Below, piece by piece: positions 8,195 to 17,000 of a DNA stretch of 30,038 bases. The stretch is from IMG/VR virus record IMGVR_UViG_3300033077_000655; one strand, written 5' to 3'. The DNA is from a virus. Its lineage: Duplodnaviria > Heunggongvirae > Uroviricota > Caudoviricetes. A program made the translations under genes and the position numbers. Positions within the stretch are counted from its first letter, which is position 1; each line of letters begins with the position of its first letter. Below the pieces are notes generated by a model. That model was not told where the DNA came from. It saw nothing but the letters and a program-made list of their open reading frames with translations, and did no database searches.

Positions 8195-10480
8195 ATGAGC
8201 AACTCAAATTCAAACGCAATGCAAGACAATCCAGAAATCGATGCTATCATCGAAGGTGCAGTACAAATCGCACAAACTTGGAAACACGAATATGTTCTAA
8301 CTGAACATCTATTGCTGAGCCTAATTAGACACGATCCGTTTAGAAAAACACTATCCAAATATGGCTGCGACGTGGCCATGCTGGAAACAGAACTATGCGG
8401 ATATTTGGATAGTTTACAAAGTTTAGTTAAAAATGAAACTGATTTGACTCCACGAAAAACCACTGCTCTGGAACGAGTGTTCAATCGAGCACTGACTCAG
8501 GTGTTGTTCACTGGACGTAGACAGGTTGTTACTATTGATCTTTATCTGGCCATCATGGGCGAAAGCAATAGCAATGCACAATATTTCTTGTTGAAATACG
8601 GCGTACACAAAGCTGAGTTTGTGGAATTTTGGACCAAGAATTATAAATCAGAAAAGTCAGCAGCAGGTATGAATCATCAGCAAGCCACCGAGGTCCTGGA
8701 AGAATACTGTACCAGTCTAAGTTCTCTTGCTGCTACCGATCGTCTGGAACCATTGATCGGCCGCGCAACAGAACTGGATGAAATGATTGCTGTACTAGCA
8801 CGTCGATTCAAAGCCAATGTGCTCATGGTGGGTGACCCAGGTGTGGGCAAAACTGCAATCATTGAAGGGCTGGCTCAAGAAATTGCAGCGAACCGTGTGC
8901 CTGAGTTCCTCAAAGGTTACGAAGTATGGAGCCTGGAGATTGGTAATTTGGTAGCAGGATCTAAGTATCGCGGAGACTTTGAAGAAAAATTCAAAGCAGT
9001 TATTGCAGCATTGGAAGCCAAACAGAAATGCATCTTGTTTGTGGATGAGGCACACACCATGAAAGGTGCTGGTGCCGGCAGTTCAGGTAGCTTGGACTTT
9101 GCCAATATGTTGAAACCAGCCATTACCAAAGGCAATTTAAAAGTAATTGCATCAACAACCTGGGAAGAATACTACGAATCATTTGAGAAAGACCGCGCAC
9201 TCATGCGTCGCTTTTATCGACTCAGCATCGATGAACCAGATCGTGACACTACAGAAAAGATTCTTATTGGACTTAGTCCACGTCTGGAAACATTCCACAA
9301 TGTGCTAATCGACACCGAAGCCATGACTGCTGCTGTGGATCTTGCTGCTAGATACATTCATGACAAAAAGAATCCTGACAAATCAATTGACTTGTTGGAT
9401 GCTGCTTGTGCTAGAGAACGTGTAAAAGATTCTGGACTGACCACAGTGACCAAAGGCATGATCGAAGAGCAAGTGGCTCGAGTAACAGGTGTGCCCACAG
9501 ATCGACTGCAAAATGAACGCAGTTTGAAAATTGTGGATCTAGAATCAAATATCAAGCAAAAGTTGTACGGACAAGAATCGGCTGTGGATTCAGTATTAGA
9601 ACGTGTGTACATCAACTTCTCAGGTATTGGTACTGTGGGCAAGCCCATGGCCAGTTTCTTGTTCCTGGGCCCAACTGGTACAGGTAAAACTGAATTGGCC
9701 AAGCTGTTGAGCGAGAACTTGGACATGCATCTGTTGCGTTACGACATGAGTGAGTTCCAAGAGAAGTTCTCGGTCAGCAGTTTGATTGGTGCACCTCCAG
9801 GCTATGTGGGCTTTGAAGATGGCAATGTAGGCGGCGGCAAGTTGATTAGTGATCTCAGCAAACATCCATTCTCGGTGATCTTGTTTGATGAAATTGAAAA
9901 AGCACATGCCGATGTCACTAACATCTTGCTGCAAATGCTGGATGAAGGGCATGTGACTGGTGCCAATGGCAAGCGGGTAGACTGCAAGAACACCATTATC
10001 ATCATGACATCAAATCTAGGTGCCAGAGACAATGAAAACAACAACATTGGATTCAGTACTGATTTGGAGAAATCCGGAGAAGAAGATCGTGCAATGAAAG
10101 AGTTCTTCCGCCCAGAGCTGCGCAATCGTATTGACAAGATCTGCAAGTTTACCAAGCTGGATACACTGGCCATCAAGAAGATTGTTGTGAAGTTCTTGGA
10201 TCACTTGAAAGCAAGTGTGGCAGAAAAGAATATCCGATTGTTCTTCTCAGAAGCAGTGATTGAACTGTTGGCTGAAAAGGGATATGATAGTAAAATGGGT
10301 GCTCGTCCGTTGAATCGCAAGATTGACGAATTGATCCGTGTGCCGTTGAGCAAGCGTATTTTGTTCGAACAGCTGACTGATTGTGCATTAAATGTAGAAT
10401 TGCAAGATGACAAGATTGTATTTGAACTGAAAAATCCACAACATGTACATACGTATATTGCCACCCCAGATACAGTGTGA
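8195..10480 (+). CDS. clpA: ATP-dependent Clp protease ATP-binding subunit ClpA
   Basis: Clp N domain, two AAA+ modules (GDPGVGKT/FVDEAH and GPTGTGKT/LFDEIEKAH), pore loops GSKYRG and GYVG, IGF ClpP-docking loop (NNIGFS). 761 aa, no ClpB middle domain. Confidence 0.9.
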   Translation: MSNSNSNAMQDNPEIDAIIEGAVQIAQTWKHEYVLTEHLLLSLIRHDPFRKTLSKYGCDVAMLETELCGYLDSLQSLVKNETDLTPRKTTALERVFNRALTQVLFTGRRQVVTIDLYLAIMGESNSNAQYFLLKYGVHKAEFVEFWTKNYKSEKSAAGMNHQQATEVLEEYCTSLSSLAATDRLEPLIGRATELDEMIAVLARRFKANVLMVGDPGVGKTAIIEGLAQEIAANRVPEFLKGYEVWSLEIGNLVAGSKYRGDFEEKFKAVIAALEAKQKCILFVDEAHTMKGAGAGSSGSLDFANMLKPAITKGNLKVIASTTWEEYYESFEKDRALMRRFYRLSIDEPDRDTTEKILIGLSPRLETFHNVLIDTEAMTAAVDLAARYIHDKKNPDKSIDLLDAACARERVKDSGLTTVTKGMIEEQVARVTGVPTDRLQNERSLKIVDLESNIKQKLYGQESAVDSVLERVYINFSGIGTVGKPMASFLFLGPTGTGKTELAKLLSENLDMHLLRYDMSEFQEKFSVSSLIGAPPGYVGFEDGNVGGGKLISDLSKHPFSVILFDEIEKAHADVTNILLQMLDEGHVTGANGKRVDCKNTIIIMTSNLGARDNENNNIGFSTDLEKSGEEDRAMKEFFRPELRNRIDKICKFTKLDTLAIKKIVVKFLDHLKASVAEKNIRLFFSEAVIELLAEKGYDSKMGARPLNRKIDELIRVPLSKRILFEQLTDCALNVELQDDKIVFELKNPQHVHTYIATPDTV

Positions 10481-11120
10481 ATCACGCAGCACCTTGTACT
10501 TTGGCCAGTACGAGTATGTGGTAAACTTGCCATGTAAAGAAGCCTGGATCATGCGTGATCTCAATCGTCTGGTGATTGAACAAAAGCTAGTGCATCGTGA
10601 ACTGTATGTCAGGGACCACGAAAAGAACGTAAACATGCTTGCTATAAGAGAAACTGTGATGTGTATAGTAGACACACTGGAGCAGTTGAAAAGCAAGTTT
10701 ATGCATCGATCATTTGGGTGGCAGGCTTTGCATGTGTATACCAATGATTTAAACGATGTAAACACATTGATGACTGCGTTCAACAACAAAGTCACAGTAA
10801 AACAAGCAGCAGTGGTATATCCCAGTGGTGTGATAATGCTGGCAACTGAGCCCAAATACCCATTTAGAACCTACTTCCGAGACAAGATTCTACCTGTAGT
10901 TAAAAAACAAGCATTGTGGACGTGGATCAGTTGTCAAACACCTGATCTTGTGGCCAGCCCTGCAACCAAAATTTGGTTTGAGTCCAAGTTCCGTGTGAGA
11001 TCAGAATGGTGTCGCGGTCATTATTATGTAGAACACACTGATCTCAAGCACATTACCATGTTGGCAATGGTATGTCCAGGGCTGACTCGCAAAACCGTAC
11101 AAGTACAAAAACGACCATAA
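10443..11120 (+). CDS. Hypothetical protein
   Basis: 225-aa ORF continuing the operon; its stop codon is part of the next TAAATA box. Start uncertain. Confidence 0.7.
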   Translation: MYIRILPPQIQCESRSTLYFGQYEYVVNLPCKEAWIMRDLNRLVIEQKLVHRELYVRDHEKNVNMLAIRETVMCIVDTLEQLKSKFMHRSFGWQALHVYTNDLNDVNTLMTAFNNKVTVKQAAVVYPSGVIMLATEPKYPFRTYFRDKILPVVKKQALWTWISCQTPDLVASPATKIWFESKFRVRSEWCRGHYYVEHTDLKHITMLAMVCPGLTRKTVQVQKRP

Positions 11121-11123
11121 ATA
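11118..11123 (+). promoter_or_regulatory. TAAATA late-promoter-like box
   Basis: CATAAATA, 4 nt before ATG 11128. Confidence 0.6.
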
Positions 11124-11127
11124 CAGT

Positions 11128-11292
11128 ATGGCAAAAATACATGAAGAAATAGTTGTGATCAAGCTATCAAAATTGGTCAAAGACGATGCAGCACCTGCTG
11201 AAATCGCCACAAATAATGTGCTGACTTCGCTAGTGTCTGTGGTTGAAGAACTTGCAGGCGCAGGTGTTGTTGTAGAAGTGGAACGGGCATAA
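11128..11292 (+). CDS. Small hypothetical protein (54 aa, absent from the ORF track)
   Basis: MAKIHEEIVVIKLSKLVKDD...VVVEVERA*. Follows a TAAATA box and has TAATG coupling to the next gene. Confidence 0.75.
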   Translation: MAKIHEEIVVIKLSKLVKDDAAPAEIATNNVLTSLVSVVEELAGAGVVVEVERA

Positions 11293-11669
11293 TGGCCATT
11301 ACCACTGTCACACTAGTGCCTTATACAGAGTATGGTGTGCCATCGGGTAATTATGATGGATCCAGTGAAGATTTTATTGCTGATCCGCAAAAGGCCGCCA
11401 ATTACTATCGCGGTCGTGGTGGTATACAAACTCTACGCTGGGTGTTTCGTGGTGTGCAAGGCGAAGTTGTAATCCAGGCCACCCTGGACAATGATCCTGC
11501 TGAATCACGTTGGTTTGACATAGCTGCATATGGTGACGGCAGCTCAGCTGATTCCAGTACCATAACAGACACTTATATACAAGCTGTGATAGGCAACTTT
11601 GTATGGTTACGAGCTGTGGTCACAAACTTTAAAGACGGCATCATTGAAGTAGTACAAGCCACATATTGA
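11292..11669 (+). CDS. Hypothetical beta-rich protein, possibly virion-associated
   Basis: Coupled ORF in a late-type operon; alternating beta-strand pattern. Confidence 0.7.
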   Translation: MAITTVTLVPYTEYGVPSGNYDGSSEDFIADPQKAANYYRGRGGIQTLRWVFRGVQGEVVIQATLDNDPAESRWFDIAAYGDGSSADSSTITDTYIQAVIGNFVWLRAVVTNFKDGIIEVVQATY

Positions 11670-11670
11670 T

Positions 11671-12105
11671 ATGAACACATCAATATTCAGTTGTAGTATC
11701 GGAACCACCGACCCTGCTGTACCATTGGGTATGGAGATTTGGTTTGATCACACATGTGTTTTTGATCAGGTGCATGTTCAAGAATCTCACACCATAAGAT
11801 ACGAATTCAATGACGATGATGGTGACCATGAACTGAAATTTGTATTAAAAAACAAACAGTCAGAACACACCACTGTGGATTTGGATGGAGAAATAATCTC
11901 TGATGCTGTGTTGACCATTCACAATATAAGTTTTGAGGATATTGCTTGTCAATATCTAACAACCAAGTTGGCAGAATATCAACACAATTTCAATGGTACC
12001 GGAGCAGAAACTCAACAAAAGTTTTACGGTTCCATGGGTTGCAATGGCACAGTCACTCTGAAATTCTCCACTCCTATATACCTTTGGTTATTAGAAAACT
12101 TGTAA
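11671..12105 (+). CDS. Hypothetical protein
   Basis: 144-aa ORF starting 1 nt after the upstream stop. Confidence 0.7.
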   Translation: MNTSIFSCSIGTTDPAVPLGMEIWFDHTCVFDQVHVQESHTIRYEFNDDDGDHELKFVLKNKQSEHTTVDLDGEIISDAVLTIHNISFEDIACQYLTTKLAEYQHNFNGTGAETQQKFYGSMGCNGTVTLKFSTPIYLWLLENL

Positions 12106-12106
12106 C

Positions 12107-12112
12107 TAAATA
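12107..12112 (+). promoter_or_regulatory. TAAATA late-promoter-like box
   Basis: In a 13-nt intergenic gap, 6 nt before ATG 12119. Confidence 0.6.
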
Positions 12113-12118
12113 CTAGGT

Positions 12119-13117
12119 ATGAAACAATTAGTAATCATGCCTGGTGGATTTCATCCTTTTCACGCAGGCCATTTAGCACTTTATCAATCTGCATTGCAGG
12201 CTTTTCCTGGTGCTGATGTCAAAGTGGCTGCAACCAATGACACTTCGACTCGCCCATTTCCTTTCAAATTAAAAGAAAAGCTGGCACAATTGGCCGGAGT
12301 TCCTCCTGGTGATTTCTATCAAGTTAAATCACCATTTCGTGCAGACGAGATCACACAGAATTACGATCCTGCAGACACACAGTTGATCTTTGTTCGTAGT
12401 GAAAAGGACGCTACAAAGCCTCCACAAGCTGGTGGTATCAAACGTGATGGCACACCGTCATATCTGCAACCCATTAGTGATCAAATGGCGCCAATGACTC
12501 AACACGCATACATGGCATACTTGCCCACTGTGGAGTTTGGTCCTGGCATGACATCTGCTACTCAAATACGCACAGCATGGCCAACACTGACAGAACGTCA
12601 GAAAACTGCTCTTGTGATGAGCCTGTATCCTAACACACAAAGTAATTTAAAGTTAGCTACCACTGTGGTCAAGATGTTGGACACTGCTATGGGCACCGAA
12701 GGCTTGAATGAATTCGCACCAGATGGATTCAACGGCGGTGATAACGGCGAAGAGTTCAGTCCAGCAATTGCCAAGATGGCACAAGAAGATGGTTTCACTA
12801 AAGGTGTAAGTCTTGCTGATGGTGCTACATTAGAACGAGCAATGAACATTAACCACTGGCACAGCCAACACGGCGGTATGTATAAACAATACTTTGCCAA
12901 AGGTTTTAAAGCAGGTCGTATGAATAAAATCCGTCACGACAATAAACAATACAATCTCAACTTGAAGTTGATGAAGGACGGTAGCATCAGACACGGTGAG
13001 CAAGGTGTCGACGAAGAAGTCACACGTCAAATGAACATTGGCGGCATGCGTGCCAGTTATCAAAGCAAGTACAACCAGCCTATTGCTGAAGATTATTTGG
13101 ACGAAGCCAGGTTGTAG
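12119..13117 (+). CDS. HIGH-superfamily nucleotidyltransferase (cytidyltransferase-like) with an unrelated C-terminal extension
   Basis: VIMPGGFHPFHAGH motif and MTSATQIR (SxT/KMSKS-equivalent). The extension begins after GLNE. Confidence 0.75.
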   Translation: MKQLVIMPGGFHPFHAGHLALYQSALQAFPGADVKVAATNDTSTRPFPFKLKEKLAQLAGVPPGDFYQVKSPFRADEITQNYDPADTQLIFVRSEKDATKPPQAGGIKRDGTPSYLQPISDQMAPMTQHAYMAYLPTVEFGPGMTSATQIRTAWPTLTERQKTALVMSLYPNTQSNLKLATTVVKMLDTAMGTEGLNEFAPDGFNGGDNGEEFSPAIAKMAQEDGFTKGVSLADGATLERAMNINHWHSQHGGMYKQYFAKGFKAGRMNKIRHDNKQYNLNLKLMKDGSIRHGEQGVDEEVTRQMNIGGMRASYQSKYNQPIAEDYLDEARL

Positions 13118-13150
13118 AAATTTTACGTGAGTGCTATACTCCGTTAAATA
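13112..13150 (+). promoter_or_regulatory. Tandem promoters: TTGTAG-N17-TATACT (extended TGn -10) followed by TAAATA
   Basis: -35 at 13112-13117, TG at 13132-13133, -10 at 13135-13140, late box at 13145-13150, RBS-like GAAAGGG before ATG 13174. Confidence 0.55.
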
Positions 13151-13173
13151 TTCTACAACATTGAAAGGGCCTC

Positions 13174-14085
13174 ATGGCAAACGAACAACAATTACCTTAC
13201 CAAAACGCATCCCCAGTGGATCCGGTTAATGGTCAACAAAGCATCCAAGTCAACATTGATTACTTGAAAACCACAAGAGTTCATCTTTGCATGCCCTGTT
13301 ATGGCGGACAACTCACTGAATCCACATTCATGAGCTATATCAAATGGGCCAATGTGGCACGTCAATTGGGTCTAGACTGGACTGTGGAAACAATGACCAA
13401 TGAATCTTTGATCTCTCGTGCTAGAAACACTCTCACAGCCAAGTTCCTGCACACCAAAGAATCCACTCACTTGATGTTTATTGATGCAGACATTGGCTGG
13501 GAACCCTGGCATTTGCTTGTGATGTTGAATCATGACAAGGATGTGGTAGGTGGATTGTATCCTATGAAAAGCCTGCCTGTGAAATGGTGTGTTAATGGTA
13601 TTCCTGATGCAGTACAAGATGATCCATCCGGCTTGATTGAAGTCACCAAGACCGGCACTGGGTTCTTGTTGATCAAACGAGATGTATTTGAAAAACTCAA
13701 TGCACATCCTGCTGTGAAGCCTTTTATCAATGACATTGGACTGGATCCAGAATTAAATTCTTACATGAAAACATACTTTGACACTGCGGTACGTGAAAAT
13801 CGTTACTACAGTGAAGACTGGACATTCTGTGAAAACTGGCGTGATATCGGTGGACAAGTGTTTGTAGACAAGCGTGTGTTGTTAAAGCACACAGGCACGT
13901 ATGTGTTTGATTATCAAACTCAAGACAAGCTGTATGCGGATCTGCATCAAATTGCTCTGAGCAATCAAGCCAATCAACCACAGATTGTGATGCAACAGCC
14001 TGCACCGGCTGCACCAGTGGCTGTGGAAGCCACTGTGATTGCCACAAACAAGAAGGTGTCAGAGGAAACTGCTACTGCTGCATAG
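13174..14085 (+). CDS. GT-A fold glycosyltransferase-like protein
   Basis: MPCYGG, ESLISRARN, FIDADIGW (DxD), GTGFLLIKR, YYSEDWTFC and late H motifs. Confidence 0.75.
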   Translation: MANEQQLPYQNASPVDPVNGQQSIQVNIDYLKTTRVHLCMPCYGGQLTESTFMSYIKWANVARQLGLDWTVETMTNESLISRARNTLTAKFLHTKESTHLMFIDADIGWEPWHLLVMLNHDKDVVGGLYPMKSLPVKWCVNGIPDAVQDDPSGLIEVTKTGTGFLLIKRDVFEKLNAHPAVKPFINDIGLDPELNSYMKTYFDTAVRENRYYSEDWTFCENWRDIGGQVFVDKRVLLKHTGTYVFDYQTQDKLYADLHQIALSNQANQPQIVMQQPAPAAPVAVEATVIATNKKVSEETATAA

Positions 14086-14088
14086 CGA

Positions 14089-14094
14089 TAAATA
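14089..14094 (+). promoter_or_regulatory. TAAATA late-promoter-like box for the giant protein
   Basis: In a 13-nt intergenic gap, 4 nt before ATG 14099. Confidence 0.6.
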
Positions 14095-14098
14095 AGGC

Positions 14099-17000
14099 AT
14101 GAACTTTCATGACCTTGACAACTACAATCTCGCAGATGCTGTAAAATTCCATCAACGTCTAAACCCCCGTTTGTGGGGTAGAGACGAGCACTTGTTGCCC
14201 GAGGTGCGTGACAAGTTGTTGGCAATAGCAGCAGATTTCCAAGAATTCCTGGGTGTGGATGATCTCAACACCCGGGACATTACCATATCAGGTAGCAATG
14301 CTGCCTATAGCTATACTCCCCATTCTGATATTGATCTACACCTTGTGGTAGACATGCCCGACGATCCTGTGTATCAGGAATTGTTTGCAGCCAAGAAATT
14401 TCAGTATAACCAAGAACATGATATAAAGATTGCCGGAGTTCCGGTGGAACTGTATGTACAGCCTAGTGATCAAAAGCATGTGAGTCAAGGCATTTACAGC
14501 GTGAAGAATGGTGACTGGACACAAGTTCCGCAACGTCGTCGTGCTAGTGTAGATGACTCATGTGTACAGCACAAAACAGCTGATCTTGATGCTAGAATAC
14601 ATTCGGCCATCAAATCAGGTGATGCTGATGCTGTGAATCAGCTGTGGGACAAGATCAAAAACATGCGGCAAACTGGCCTGGAAAAGAATGGCGAATTTGG
14701 TTGCGAGAACATCACATTCAAACTGTTGAGAAATATGGGTTGTATTGGTCAATTAAAAGATGCCAAGACAGCAATACAAGATCGTGAATTAAGTCTAGCA
14801 CGTAAACCGGCGCCCAGAAAGAAGATGAATTATGGCATGCGTGATTACTGGTATCCAGGCACTGCGTATGCTGGCCAAGATCATCCTGCCGGCACTGAAT
14901 CAGAACAAGTGGATGAAAGTGCAGATCCTGATCACTTGAAAAAGATACTGCATCGTTTCTACGCCAGTTGCGTGGATAAGTTGCAGTTAAAGAATCCACC
15001 ACGTTTGCAATTAGAAACAACCACTGACTGGAGTCAAGAGAATGGTAGTTTTGGACAATATGACTCTGACAGCAACACCTTGATCCTGGCCACTTCTGGC
15101 CGTCATGTGCTGGATATACTTCGCACCATGGCACATGAGATGACACATCGCCAGCAGGATGAGCGCAATCCCCTGCCTATAGATGCTGGAGAAACAGGTA
15201 GTCCTTGGGAAGATCAAGCCAACGCCATGGCTGGTCGTATCATGAGAGATTGGGCACAAGAGCAGCCCGATATGTTCGATGGTGTCACACTGGAAGAAGC
15301 GTCAGGCTACATCCCCACAAAGAAGCAGGCTCGAGATCCAAGATTCGTCATGGCCCTGACCCGAGATGTGCGCCCAGGTGCTGTGGGCAAGGAAGCCAAT
15401 AAACTGGGATTACAAACAGATAGCCAAGGCCATCCTGCCCTGCTCACAGCAGGGTTGAACCGACTGTTGCGTGAGTTCAAAGAGCAGGACCTGTTTGAAA
15501 TCAACATGGGTGGCAAGAACCTGCGCAAAGAAGCAGCCAAGACAGGTGCCCTAGCCGGCATGGAGTTTGAGATGATTGTGCCCGACACTTCGTCCGAGGA
15601 TCAAGAACTAGAGCCTGACTTTGACATGGATGAATCAGCCAGCAGTGCCAGCGATATTCGAGACTTTTTCTATGATGGGGACTACAACAGTCGCAGAAGT
15701 ACCCAGGACATGATTGACCAGATAATGGATGATTACAGTAACTGGCAAGTGGAACAGTTTGATACACGTTGGGACCTGGATGCAGAAGAATTTATCTTTC
15801 AGTATATCAAAGACAATATAGATGATGACGACGTCAGACAGATGTTGGATCTGGAAGAGGAAGACCCCATTGGCCGCCAGGAATATCTACTGGTCGCGGA
15901 CATGATTGCTACTGAACAAATGGAACCCTGGTACGAAGATGCCAAGAATGATGCCAGCGATAGTTTCTACGAAGATGACCGTTTTGAAGACTTTCTTCAG
16001 GATAACAACATGGAGCACATGAGTGATATCTATCATCGTTACGATGGCATAATCCATTGGCCACACTACACCAGCGGTGGCGGCGACACCAGCGTTGAAG
16101 ATGTAGCAGATTCATTCAGTGCTGCTGTGGGTCGTCCTGCACAAGCAAGAAGTGATTATCATGCGTATGGTCAAGAGCGTCCAGGTCCTGGCAAGAACTT
16201 TTATGTGGTAGAGCCCGATGGCAGTTTACAGCCTGACGACACCAACGATTCAGGCTTGGAGTTTGTGAGCCCACCCTTGCCCATAGATGACATCATGTCA
16301 GACTTGAAAAAGGTCAAGGCCTGGGCAGACAAAACAGGTTGCTACACCAATGATTCTACTGGCCTGCACATCAACATCTCAGTGCCCAACTATAGCCAGG
16401 ACCAATTGGATTATGTAAAGTTGGCCTTGCTCATGGGCGATGAATATGTGTTGAATAACTTTGGGCGTGCCGGTAACACTTATGCAAAATCTGCAATGGG
16501 CAAGATCAAAGGCAAAGTAACTCCAGAGAATGCCAAACAAATCCTAGATAAAATGAAGTCAGGCCTGGATCAATTGGCTACCAAAGCCATTCATTCAGGT
16601 TACACAGACAAATACACATCAATCAACACCAAGGATGGACACATTGAGTTTCGCAGCCCTGGTGGGGATTGGTTGGATGATAACTTTGACAAGATTGAAA
16701 ACACGCTGATGAGATTCACCGTGGCCATGAGTGCTGCGCTAAATCCCGAAGCGTATAGACAAGAGTATCTCAAGAAGCTGTACAAGATGTTGGCACCCAA
16801 GGGTGAGAATGATCCGCTGGCCATCTTTGCAAAGTATTCAGCCGGTGAGTTGCCTAAGGCTGCACTCAAGAGTTTTGTACGTCAAGCACAGTTAGAGCGT
16901 GGTAACAAAGCAGCCAAGCAAGCTGAACTGGATGTCATGCAAAAAGAACTTACTCCAGCACCTGAAGAATCTAACCAAGGTAACTGGGGTATTTGGCTTG

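Noticed and set aside
8195-10480. ClpB or ClpC call for the double AAA+ protein
   Set aside because: No coiled-coil middle domain between the AAA+ modules, 761-aa length, and an IGF loop all fit ClpA.
14099-14128. Counting the giant protein's N-terminus (MNFHDLD) as a capsid-targeting tag
   Set aside because: It lacks the [RK] and E-F positions, so packaging of this protein is inferred only from internal linkers, promoter type and context.
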